Shown in pieces: positions 19,138 through 28,318 of a stretch of DNA of 63,170 nucleotides; positions within the stretch are counted from its first letter, which is position 1; every line of letters starts with the position of its first letter. The translations under genes were made by a program, and so were the position numbers. Origin of the DNA: an uncultured bacterium. Lineage in GTDB: Bacteria > CSSED10-310 > CAZUFC01. The stretch is from assembly GCA_964619725.1 (NCBI GenBank), contig CAZUFC010000039.1, forward strand, positions 1 to 63,170. Reading direction: 5' to 3'. The notes beneath the pieces are model-generated. The model had not been told where the DNA came from, searched no databases, and saw only the letters and a program-made list of their open reading frames with translations.

Positions 19138-20244
19138 TCACTTCCGTTTGGGTGAGTATTCCGTCATAAAATCCTCATAAAACTTTTTAAAACGGTTTTC
19201 CAGGAGGGCCTGCCTGGCTTTCTGGAGTAGGGAGATGCAGAAGGAGATGTTGTGGATGGAGGCATAGATATGTGCGGCAGATGAAGCGCTTCTGTAGAGG
19301 TGGTAGAGGTAGGAGCGGCTGACGTTTCGGCATGTATAGCAGTTGCAGTTCGGGTCGACGGGGTATTTGTCGAGCCGGTATTTTCGTCTTTTGAGAATAT
19401 TGAACGGGCCTCTCCAGGTGAAGAGAGTTTTTTCCCGGGCGTATTTTGTGGGAATGATGCTGTCCATTATGTCGACGCCTGCAGCGACGGCTTCGAGCAT
19501 GGCTTCGGGTCTGCCCACGCCCATGATGTATCTGAGTTTATGAGCGGGCAGAAGAGCCGTGGTATGCTCCAGGGTCGTTTTATAGTCTTGTGGGGATTCT
19601 CCTACGTTAAGCCCTCCTATGGCGTAGGCATCGAAACCGATCTCTTCCAGTTTTTCGACGCAGGTTCGGCGCAGGTCGGGATAAATAGCGCCCTGTACTA
19701 TCCCGAAGAGGGTTTGCCCGTGTTGCGGCTTGAATGCTGCTTTGCTTCTCTGCGCCCATCTCAGCGTCAGTTCCATGGCCTGCTGCGCCTTTTGCCGCGA
19801 AGCCGGCAGTTCGATACACCAATCCAGCGGCATGACCAGGTCTGAACCGATTTCCTTCTGAACCTGGACGGCTCTTTCAGGAGTCCATATTTCCCCGTCA
19901 TTCTCATTAAAGCGTATGCCCTTTTCACCGATCCCTTCCATACTCGTCCGCGACTGAAAACCTCCGCTGTCAGTCAGTATGGTCTTCGGCCATCCCATAT
20001 ATTTATGAAGTCCGGAAAATTTTGATATGACGGATTCTCCCGGTTTTTCCGACAACCGGAATGCGTTACAGACTAATATTTCAGCTCCCGTTTCCAACAG
20101 CAGAGAAGGGATCATCCCGCTTACCGCACCGTATGTCCCCACGGGCATAAAACAGGGAGTGGGAATGACGTTGCGATGTGTGACCAGTTCGGCGGCCCTG
20201 GCAGGAAAATGTTTCGACCGGCATATCTCTTTGAATTCGATCAT
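19138..20244 (-). CDS. tgt: tRNA-guanine transglycosylase
   Basis: Likely start MIEFKE at 20244; TPCFMPVGT, LTDSGGFQ, MPLDWC, FGIVQG, AIGGLNVGE, YIMGVG, CNCYTC...HN zinc site. Confidence 0.88.
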   Translation of the reverse strand: MIEFKEICRSKHFPARAAELVTHRNVIPTPCFMPVGTYGAVSGMIPSLLLETGAEILVCNAFRLSEKPGESVISKFSGLHKYMGWPKTILTDSGGFQSRTSMEGIGEKGIRFNENDGEIWTPERAVQVQKEIGSDLVMPLDWCIELPASRQKAQQAMELTLRWAQRSKAAFKPQHGQTLFGIVQGAIYPDLRRTCVEKLEEIGFDAYAIGGLNVGESPQDYKTTLEHTTALLPAHKLRYIMGVGRPEAMLEAVAAGVDIMDSIIPTKYAREKTLFTWRGPFNILKRRKYRLDKYPVDPNCNCYTCRNVSRSYLYHLYRSASSAAHIYASIHNISFCISLLQKARQALLENRFKKFYEDFMTEYSPKRK

Positions 20245-20445
20245 TGTTATCTCCACTGAGAAGCATAACCGGTTGCGGGCAGTTTGTAAACAAGGGGCGT
20301 CAGGCGTATTGTCCTTATTCGGCATAATTGAGGACGAAAACAACATTTTTTGCCTTTTATTTTCCGCTTTGCTATCCTCGATTTAATTCACAGGCGGGAC
20401 CGCTGCCGGCCTGTGGTCATAATCATCAAAGAGGATGTGAGATAA

Positions 20446-22071
20446 ATGAGTTATGACGCGATATCATTACGACGGCTTATTGTTAAACTGCTTCTGCTTG
20501 CGGCGGCTTTTGCGTCTGCGCTGATTGCGACGGGTTGCGGTCCTTCTGCTTCTGATGCGGGAAGCGCAGATGAAGTGATTGAGAATCCTTTTTCTAAGGT
20601 TATCGTCATCGGTATTGACGGGGCTGAACCGGTTTTAATGAATTCCTGGATGGAAGAAGGAATATTGCCGAATCTGAGTCGTTTATGCCGCAGCGGCAGT
20701 TACGGACCGTTAAAAAGCGTCCTGCCGGCCCTTTCGCCGGTTGCCTGGAATTCGGCAGCTACGGGTGTCAATCCGGGAAAACATGGTGTGTTCGGATTCT
20801 TTGAATCGCTCGCTTATGGTTCAGAAGTGCCGGAAGATACTTTTACAAGTTCAAATACCCGCAAAGCCAAAGCGGTCTGGGAGTTGCTGGGGCAATGGGG
20901 CCGCTCGTCGGGAATAATCAATGTTCCTGGAACCTGCCCCGTTGAAAAGATAAACGGCTTTATGATTTCAGGTTTTCCCTATATTCCCCGCTCTCCGTTG
21001 ATATATCCCCCGCAAACAGCGAATAGACTGCTTGGTTATCAATTTGAAATGAATATTAAAATTGACCCGCATAATCCATTGAAAACGCTCCATGAATGGC
21101 GCAAGCTCACTGAACGACAGGCTGAAGCGACGCTTGATCTGATTGACGGGAAAGATTGGGACTTGTTCTGGGTCGTTTTCAGCGCCACGGACCGTATAAG
21201 TCACCATTTCTGGAGATACATGGACCCTGAACATCCCCATTATGATCCTGATGCTCCTTCGGAACTGAAAAATGCCGTACCGGATACATATGTCCAGATC
21301 GACCAAGCTGTCGGAAAAATTATGGATACGGTCGACGAGATAAGGCAAAACGAGCCCGTTCTCGTGGTCCTGATGTCCGATCATGGCTTCGGACCATTGT
21401 ATAAAGGCATCAGTGTTCTGCATCTCATTCAACTGCTTTGGGATGCGAAAAGTAATTCGCTTCCGGTTTTCTTTCGTAACCGCGCTTTTTACGTCAATCT
21501 CAAGGAGAAATATGCCGACGGCACGGTTGGTTCGAGCCGGTATTTTGAAGAAAGAAAAAGAGCGATCAAAATACTTGAAGGGCTGGAAGACCCCGATAAC
21601 GGACGACCTCTATTTCAGGAGATTATGTGTAAAGAGGAGGTATATGAAGGGGACTATGCCGATATTGGGCCGGATATCATCTGCAGAGTTTCCGACGGGT
21701 ATTTTTTATACGACGATCCGAAAGCTGATGCTGACCGGTTGGCAGGGACCCTGCCATTTCGCGTTTTCTGCGGGTTTCACCGGCTTAACGGCGTTATCGC
21801 CCTCCAGGGAAAAGGCATAGAAGCCGGTACAACGATTGACGGCGCAGAAATAATCGACGTTGCGCCGACCGTTCTTTGCGGTTTGGGATTGCCCATACCG
21901 GAACAGATGGACGGTAAACCGCTGATGCAGGCGTTCCTTCCAGACTACCGGGACAGGATACCGGTGAAAAGAGCGGCAATCGATATGAAACGCAGCATCA
22001 AAAGCGGCAGAAGCGGTAAAGATCAGAATAATGTGCGGGAACAATTGAAAAACTTAGGTTATATTCAGTAA
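20446..22071 (+). CDS. Alkaline-phosphatase-superfamily (type I phosphodiesterase-like) lipoprotein
   Basis: Lipobox-like LIATGC; VIGIDGA, SPVAW...TGVNPGKHG, TDRISH, MSDHGF, GFHR..G, DVAPT; ends LKNLGYIQ. Confidence 0.88.
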   Translation: MSYDAISLRRLIVKLLLLAAAFASALIATGCGPSASDAGSADEVIENPFSKVIVIGIDGAEPVLMNSWMEEGILPNLSRLCRSGSYGPLKSVLPALSPVAWNSAATGVNPGKHGVFGFFESLAYGSEVPEDTFTSSNTRKAKAVWELLGQWGRSSGIINVPGTCPVEKINGFMISGFPYIPRSPLIYPPQTANRLLGYQFEMNIKIDPHNPLKTLHEWRKLTERQAEATLDLIDGKDWDLFWVVFSATDRISHHFWRYMDPEHPHYDPDAPSELKNAVPDTYVQIDQAVGKIMDTVDEIRQNEPVLVVLMSDHGFGPLYKGISVLHLIQLLWDAKSNSLPVFFRNRAFYVNLKEKYADGTVGSSRYFEERKRAIKILEGLEDPDNGRPLFQEIMCKEEVYEGDYADIGPDIICRVSDGYFLYDDPKADADRLAGTLPFRVFCGFHRLNGVIALQGKGIEAGTTIDGAEIIDVAPTVLCGLGLPIPEQMDGKPLMQAFLPDYRDRIPVKRAAIDMKRSIKSGRSGKDQNNVREQLKNLGYIQ

Positions 22072-22305
22072 CACTCCGGCGATGACCGAAAAGGCTCGTT
22101 CCAGCGCTGCCGTTTTGCGCTCATGATTCTTTGACCGGAATCGTGAACTCAATGAAATGAACAAGCATTGGGATTCCGGTAAAAGAAAAGCAGGCGTTGA
22201 TCAAAAAAGCTACTTTCGAGACGTCCTTTTGCAGAATATCCGACCATTTGTAATGAAACCTTAAAAAATGATGTGCGGGTTGTGACTCATATGAAAAACA
22301 GGTAT

Positions 22306-22470
22306 TGATCAAAAAAGAGTCTTTTGAGGTTGCAATTAGACAGAATTTTCCATCATTTTATTTCGATTGCGATCCCGATTGCGACCCCGAACCTGATCCC
22401 GACCCCGATTACTGAAACAAATTGTCAAAAGTTATGAAAAAAGTGTAACCCCAGTTTGATCAGTCCAGAA
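22306..22470. repeat. Intergenic element family B, copy 2
   Basis: TTGATCAAAAA...TTTTGAGGTTGCAA..GACAGAA...(GATCCC/GACCCC 6-mer run)...ATTACTG..TGTCAAAAGTT.TGAAA..TGTAACCCCAGTTTGATCA; ends are inverted relative to each other. Confidence 0.75.
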
Positions 22471-22636
22471 AAACAACTCCAATTTCGTGAAAGCGCAACC
22501 GGTTTGTTTTTCGAAAATACTCGAATTTTTTTCGAAAAATTACTAATTTCTGAGCTCCTGACAATGTGCCTGAAAAGAATTGTGAATTTTTTGATGAAAA
22601 CGGATCACGGTTCAAAGAATATCAATATTGTTTGTC

Positions 22637-22815
22637 GTGAAATTCAAAAATATTTCACAATAATTTTGCCGAATTGGTGAGTTTTAAAAGCCTTTAAAAT
22701 CAATTGATTGACTAGGGTATGTCAAGAGTTCTGAATTTTCTTCCTCAAATGAACATTATTTGAATGCGTCAAAAGAGTCAGAGCTTATTTTCCGGCATAA
22801 GGCACGGAAAATGCA
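22637..22815 (+). promoter_or_regulatory. Probable sigma54 promoter with IHF site and upstream palindrome
   Basis: AGGCACGGAAAATGCA at 22800-22815 (GG-N10-GC); AATCAATTGATTG at 22698-22710 matches WATCAANNNNTTR; palindrome GTGAAAT-N8-ATTTCAC at 22637-22658. Confidence 0.6.
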
Positions 22816-22901
22816 ACTACAGAGGTCAAGAAAAGTCGAATTTTCCAATGAATACAATTTTCGGCTGTTCGTGAAAATGTCAGAATCGAAAGGAGACAAT
22901 A

Positions 22902-23189
22902 ATGGACAAAAGAGAGCAGTATATCAGGAAGTTGGACGCCAAATTACGGGAATGGAACGCCGAGCTGGAAAAAATTGCTGCCAGGATTGACCAGGCGGGA
23001 GCAGAGAGACGTATAGAGCTGCAGAAGAAATATGAACAGGTAAAGGCGCAGCGTGATGACGTCCGGTCCAGGATGGACAAACTGAAGAATTCGACGGGTG
23101 AGGCCTGGCAGGAAATCAAGTCGGGTCTGGAAGCTGCCTGGAAAAAGCTGGACGAGTCTTTCCAGGAAGCCCGGAAAACATTTAAATGA
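22902..23189 (+). CDS. Small coiled-coil protein, probable general-stress family
   Basis: AAGGAG RBS; REQY..KL.AKL.EW..EL.K...GEAW.E.K.G.E.AW pattern. Confidence 0.8.
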   Translation: MDKREQYIRKLDAKLREWNAELEKIAARIDQAGAERRIELQKKYEQVKAQRDDVRSRMDKLKNSTGEAWQEIKSGLEAAWKKLDESFQEARKTFK

Positions 23190-23206
23190 AAGGAAAGGAT
23201 ACAACG

Positions 23207-23683
23207 ATGAAAGAAAAAATGAAAAAAGTATCTACTGTCATGGGAGTAATTTTTGTAAGCGGATTATTGCTTTTAAGCTTGAATATGTCCGCAACGGCTG
23301 GTTCTGATATGAAGGACGTCAAAGAGGAGCTGTCCGAGGCGGCAACTGCGATAAAGGAATATTCCGTGGATCAGAAGGATGATGCTGTGGACGAGATAGA
23401 GGATGCAATGGACGCGGTGGATAAGAAGATTGAGGAGCTTGAGGACAAAGCTGATGAGAAATGGGAAAAAATGAGTGAACAATCCAGGAAAAACTGGAAA
23501 AAGACGCGAAAGAAACTGGAACAGCAGAGGCAGAAGCTGTCGGAATGGTACGGCGGGGTAAAATACAGCACATCGGAAAGTTGGGAAGAGGTTAAGGGTG
23601 GATTCATAAAAGGCTACGAATCATTAAGCGACGAGCTTGCCGATGCTTATGAAGACTTAACGGGTTCAAAAGAAGGGAAATAA
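23207..23683 (+). CDS. Secreted charged helical protein
   Basis: Signal peptide then helical region with [13 protein letters not shown] motif, similar to the upstream gene. Start may be 23186. Confidence 0.75.
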   Translation: MKEKMKKVSTVMGVIFVSGLLLLSLNMSATAGSDMKDVKEELSEAATAIKEYSVDQKDDAVDEIEDAMDAVDKKIEELEDKADEKWEKMSEQSRKNWKKTRKKLEQQRQKLSEWYGGVKYSTSESWEEVKGGFIKGYESLSDELADAYEDLTGSKEGK

Positions 23684-23687
23684 GACG

Positions 23688-23870
23688 ATGTTAAGATGGG
23701 CTTTAATTTTTTTCATAATAGCGGTGATCGCTGCGGTTTTCGGATTTACGGGGATAGCAGCGGCGGCAGCGGGGATAGCGAAGATACTGTTCTTCATTTT
23801 TCTCATTATTTTCGTCGTCTTTTTGATAATGGGGCTGATGTCGGGACGGAGACCGCCCACTTCCATATGA
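23688..23870 (+). CDS. DUF1328 / UPF0391 (YtjA-like) small membrane protein
   Basis: [38 protein letters not shown] is the family signature. Confidence 0.93.
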   Translation: MLRWALIFFIIAVIAAVFGFTGIAAAAAGIAKILFFIFLIIFVVFLIMGLMSGRRPPTSI

Positions 23871-23965
23871 CGCAACAGGATTAAAAGAAGCCGGTAACGC
23901 CTGTCGTTCAGGGAATCGTTTTAACGAGCGATATTCGAGGTGCGATGGGCGTTCGTATAATATGG

Positions 23966-24025
23966 GCTTGTCCATAGACTCGAACGAAGATTCAAATATT
24001 AATGCTGGACCGGCGTTGCGGTTGG
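23966..24025. repeat. Right-end segment of element family A, reverse orientation
   Basis: Reverse complement AACCGCAACGCCGGTCCAGCATTAATATTTGAATC..TCGAGTCTATGGACAAGC aligns with 60035-60092. Confidence 0.65.
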
Positions 24026-24150
24026 ATTTCGAGTTTTTTATATGGTAAAGTCGACGAAGTCTTTTGATCCGTTGATTCGGATAACTTGTTTGAATGAAAG
24101 GGCGAGGTTGAAGATTTCAATGCCGGCCAAAGACTTAAAAAGGAGGAAAA

Positions 24151-25203
24151 ATGAGTTCAAGAATTGAAGAGATACTTGGAAGAGAATCGGATTATCTTTT
24201 AAATCATGAATGCAAGACTGTGAATAAGAAGAGTCTGCATTTACCTGGTCCGGATTTTATTGATCGTGTGACCTCTGTGACTGACCGGTCGCCGGCCGTC
24301 ATGCGGAATCTGCAGACTTTATTCGATACGGGAAGGCTGTGGGGAACGGGTTATCTCTCTATATTACCCGTTGATCAGGGGATAGAGCATTCTGCGGGAG
24401 CATCCTTCGCTCCCAATCCCATATATTTCGATCCGGCCAACATTGCGGAGCTGGCGATTGAAGGAGGCTGCAACGCCGTGGCTTCGACGCTGGGCGTTTT
24501 AGGGGCTGTCGCCAGAAAGTATGCGCACAAGATACCATTTATTTTGAAACTCAATCACAATGAGCTGCTTTCCTATCCCAACACTTACGACCAGATAATA
24601 TTCGCAAGCGTTGACCAGGCTTTCGATTTGGGCGCGGTCGCTGTAGGCGCCACCATTTATTTCGGTTCGCAGGAATCCGACAGGCAGATACAGGAAATAA
24701 GCGAGGTTTTCCGGTATGCTCATAGTCTTGGTTTAGCTACGGTTTTATGGGCTTATTTGAGGAATCCGGCTTTTGAAATAGAGGGAACGAATTACCAGGT
24801 TTCAGCAGATTTGACGGGCCAGGCGAATCACCTGGGAGTCACCATAGAAGCCGATATCGTCAAACAGAAACAGCCCAAGAATAACGGCGGGTTCAAGGCT
24901 GTAGGATTCGGCAAAACCCATGACCGCGTCTACAGCGAACTCACGTCGGATCATCCCATAGACCTGACAAGATACCAGGTGGTCAGTTGCTACATGGGAA
25001 GATCGGGCTTGATCAATTCAGGCGGCGCGTCGGCAGAAAACGATCTTCAGCAGGTGGTAAGGACTGCCGTGATTAACAAGCGAGCCGGAGGCATGGGCGT
25101 CATTTCGGGAAGAAAAACTTTCCAGAAACCGATGAATGAAGGCGTCAAAATATTCAACGCCATTCAGGACGTTTACCTGTCGGATGAGATTACGGTGGCG
25201 TGA
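24151..25203 (+). CDS. fbaB: Class I fructose-bisphosphate aldolase (DhnA type)
   Basis: [81 protein letters not shown]. Confidence 0.96.
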   Translation: MSSRIEEILGRESDYLLNHECKTVNKKSLHLPGPDFIDRVTSVTDRSPAVMRNLQTLFDTGRLWGTGYLSILPVDQGIEHSAGASFAPNPIYFDPANIAELAIEGGCNAVASTLGVLGAVARKYAHKIPFILKLNHNELLSYPNTYDQIIFASVDQAFDLGAVAVGATIYFGSQESDRQIQEISEVFRYAHSLGLATVLWAYLRNPAFEIEGTNYQVSADLTGQANHLGVTIEADIVKQKQPKNNGGFKAVGFGKTHDRVYSELTSDHPIDLTRYQVVSCYMGRSGLINSGGASAENDLQQVVRTAVINKRAGGMGVISGRKTFQKPMNEGVKIFNAIQDVYLSDEITVA

Positions 25204-25437
25204 GCGTATTTTATTGAAAAAGTGATTGAAAATGTGAAATCAGAGCTTCCTTTATCCGGAAAGGAGCGCTGATTTAACCGAACTTAGCCGGCAAAGAGGT
25301 TGATGAGTTTTTTAATGGGGATTTCACTCATGCAATTTCTTTGGGCGGCAGCAACTTTTATTGCCGTATGATTGTTCCCCAAAATTGTGATCCTCATTTC
25401 ACGTGTATTTTTATTCTGATGGCTGAAGAGGAAGTTT

Positions 25438-26421
25438 ATGAAAAACGAAAGCCGGGACAATAACAATATCTTCGAACGAATACGGTCGCGTTGCCGGTGG
25501 GTCAGCGAGCAGGCGCGTTACGTTCATGTTGTCCAGTCAGGTTTGGCGGATTATGCGGCTTCGTTACCGGATGAAGTCGATATGCCTCAGACGCTGGACC
25601 CGGATTTTTATTTTTTCGGCGACGATGAGCAGACAGCCGCTTATCTCGTGACTCTCAACGCCGTCAATTTCGGTTCGGGTTACTTCCCCTGCGTTCAGAA
25701 GCGACCTGGAATGTCGGGCTTCTTCACCATGGCTTCCGGCTTGAAAGAACAGTTTGATGTCCAGGGGTCCCTTACTGACAAAGAACTGCGAAGTATGACG
25801 AAAGAACGATGCGGAATAATTTTTAAACAGAACCTGGATCATGAGGCGCGACGGGAACTTATGTCTCTGTTCGCCGAGTCGCTACGGGATTTGGGGCAAC
25901 TGTTGAATGAAAAATATGACGGCAGTTTCTCGGTAATGATCAGGGCGGCGGAACATTCCGCGGAAAAATTGCTGCGTCTTTTATCCGAAATGAAATTTTT
26001 TCGCGATCAAGCGACATATAAAGGGTATGAGGTTCCTTTTTACAAACGGGCTCAGATAACCGCCGCCGATCTTGCCATGGCCTTCAATGGGGAAGGATTG
26101 GGCGGATTCTACGATCTGGACGAACTGACCATATTCGCGGATAACCTGGTGCCTCATGTCCTGCGCATCGATGGAATCCTGCTATACGAGCAGGGATTGT
26201 TGGAAAAAATCGAAAGAGAAGAACTTATCCCTGCCGGTTCGGAAGAAGAAATTGAAATAAGGGCTTCCGGACTGCATGCCGTTGAACTGCTTTCCGAACA
26301 GAGAAAAAAAATGGGAAGGCCCGTTCCGCCCAGGAAGCTGGATTATTTTTTGTGGTACCGAGGACAGGACCCTGATTATAAAATGCATCCGCGGCATCGT
26401 TGCCGGTGTGTTTATTATTAA
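25438..26421 (+). CDS. Queuosine salvage protein (QNG1/DUF2419, queuosine 5'-phosphate N-glycosylase/hydrolase)
   Basis: NFGSG, FYKRAQI, LTIFADNLVPHVLR, EEIEIRA, LDYFLW, terminal HR....YY. Confidence 0.88.
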   Translation: MKNESRDNNNIFERIRSRCRWVSEQARYVHVVQSGLADYAASLPDEVDMPQTLDPDFYFFGDDEQTAAYLVTLNAVNFGSGYFPCVQKRPGMSGFFTMASGLKEQFDVQGSLTDKELRSMTKERCGIIFKQNLDHEARRELMSLFAESLRDLGQLLNEKYDGSFSVMIRAAEHSAEKLLRLLSEMKFFRDQATYKGYEVPFYKRAQITAADLAMAFNGEGLGGFYDLDELTIFADNLVPHVLRIDGILLYEQGLLEKIEREELIPAGSEEEIEIRASGLHAVELLSEQRKKMGRPVPPRKLDYFLWYRGQDPDYKMHPRHRCRCVYY

Positions 26422-26895
26422 TCTTTGGGTTTGTGAATATCTGATTATTCAAGGGACGTTGAACATCGGACAGCGTTGAAATGTATTGGTCGACAGGCAG
26501 AAAGAAAAACAACCCCCTGATACCCTAATGTCCATGCTTCGCCGCGAGCGGCTCGCATCGACATAAGCGTATCTTCCCCCTTTTCTAATGGGGAATTTGC
26601 TCATTCATTTTTTTGCCGGCACGAAGTGTCGTCTCCATTTGATCAGTTCCTATGGCAGTGGCTTGATTTTGCCGCATTGAACGAAATTCCGGCGGATTAT
26701 GGAAGGATCATTTAAACATCGGCGGTGACGACCTGCAGTCGGATTGTATAGGGCTACGTTCTTTTCCCTGTAGTTTTTTTATTGTCGGGATGTTTATAGT
26801 GCATGCATGTTCTGGATGAACCATGCAAAACAAAAATTTGATTTTCATTTTACATGGTATTATTATATTTCAGGATTTTATTTGGAGGAAGCAAA

Positions 26896-28125
26896 ATGAG
26901 ATACAGGCGTCGATATGCAGAGGCAAAGCTTTTAAGAATGGCGGAACATTTCAAGGCGGTTCTTGTGACGGGTGCGAGACAGACAGGAAAAACCACGTTA
27001 ATAAGGTATATTTATCCTGACATACGGATGATAACATTCGATCCGGAACAGGATATTTACGGTGCAAGGGAGGACCCTGAGCTGTTTTTGGACAACTTTC
27101 CGTCGCCGTTGATTCTTGATGAGATTCAGTATGCGCCTGAATTATTACCGGCGTTGAAGAGGCGTGTCGACAGAAACGACAGGCCGGGTCAGTATATTCT
27201 GTCTGGTTCTCAGAATTTGATGGCGCTGCGTTCGATAGCGGAGAGCATGGCTGGACGCGTAGGATTGTTGCATTTAGAGGGATTGGCTCTTGGAGAAGCA
27301 ATGGAGCGAACAGAAGAGGATTCCTGGTTAGCTGAGTGGCTGACGAATCCTGAAGAGTTCATTGAAAACAGGAGAAAAATGACGTCAGGGATTAGGTTGG
27401 TTGAGATGCTGTGGAGGGGATCGATGCCTGGTTTGTTGGAGTTTCCGAATGATCTGGTTCCGGATTACATTCGTTCCTATGTGCAGACTTATCTGGAGCG
27501 AGACGTGAGGACGATGGGGAACATACGCGATTTAAGTCTGTTTCGCCGGTTTTTAGGGTTGATGTCGGCGTTGAGCGCTCAGGAGATAAACGATTCCCAG
27601 TTGGGACGTGAATTGGGATTAAGCGGGCCCACGATCAGGAGCTGGAGGGAAACGCTGGTTCACACGTACCAATGGCGTGAGCTACCGCCATATCATGGAA
27701 ATACGGTTAAACGACTCAGCAAGAGAAGAAAGGGATATATAACCGACACGGGGATAGCCTGCTGGTTACAGCGGAACAACAGTCCGGAGGCGCTTCCGGT
27801 CAGTCCTCATTTCGGGGCTTTTTTCGAGACGTGGGCGGTTAATGCTGTCCATAAGGAGATCGTGCGATTATCGATGCCGCCGGCTGTTTATCATTGGCGC
27901 ACGGCGAACGGTGCGGAAGCGGATATTGTTCTCGATAGGGACGGTCGGCTTTTTCCTATTGAAGTGAAGGCCGGCAGTAGAATACCCTCCATGCATCTGC
28001 GCGGCATCAGGGCGTTCCGCGACACATACGGCGACCGGGTAGCGACCGCTCTGGTGATATACGCCGGCAAGGAGGCGTACCGTCCTGCCCGGGATATCGT
28101 TGCCGTTCCGTGGTTTTATTTATGA
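26896..28125 (+). CDS. AAA_14 ATPase with DUF4143 domain
   Basis: GGAGG RBS before MRYRRRY; TGARQTGKTT, LDEIQYAP, LSGSQ, ESMAGR, TYLERD, DTG, FETW, HWRT..G.EAD, IEVK. Confidence 0.92.
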   Translation: MRYRRRYAEAKLLRMAEHFKAVLVTGARQTGKTTLIRYIYPDIRMITFDPEQDIYGAREDPELFLDNFPSPLILDEIQYAPELLPALKRRVDRNDRPGQYILSGSQNLMALRSIAESMAGRVGLLHLEGLALGEAMERTEEDSWLAEWLTNPEEFIENRRKMTSGIRLVEMLWRGSMPGLLEFPNDLVPDYIRSYVQTYLERDVRTMGNIRDLSLFRRFLGLMSALSAQEINDSQLGRELGLSGPTIRSWRETLVHTYQWRELPPYHGNTVKRLSKRRKGYITDTGIACWLQRNNSPEALPVSPHFGAFFETWAVNAVHKEIVRLSMPPAVYHWRTANGAEADIVLDRDGRLFPIEVKAGSRIPSMHLRGIRAFRDTYGDRVATALVIYAGKEAYRPARDIVAVPWFYL

Positions 28126-28129
28126 GGAA

Positions 28130-28278
28130 TTGATCAAAAATGCATCTTTTGAGGTTACAACTCGACAGAAGCTCCCATAATTTTTTTTTCGATTGCGCTC
28201 CCGATACCGACACCGATTACTGGAAAAAACTGTCAAAAGTTTTGAAAGATGTGCAACCCCGGTTTGATCATTCCCGAA
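28130..28278. repeat. Intergenic element family B, copy 3
   Basis: TTGATCAAAAATGCATCTTTTGAGGTTACAA...CGATTACTGG...TGTCAAAAGTTTTGAAA..TGCAACCCCGGTTTGATCA, collinear with 22306-22470. Confidence 0.75.
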
Positions 28279-28318
28279 TTTTTGTTTGCCGGATAACCTA
28301 TTAAAAATTTATTGTTGA

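Noticed and set aside
26509-26597. Nested palindromic stretch (CCCCCTGA...GCGAGCGGCTCGC...CCCCCTTTTCTAATGGGGAA)
   Set aside because: Looks REP-like but occurs once in the window, so no family or boundaries can be supported.
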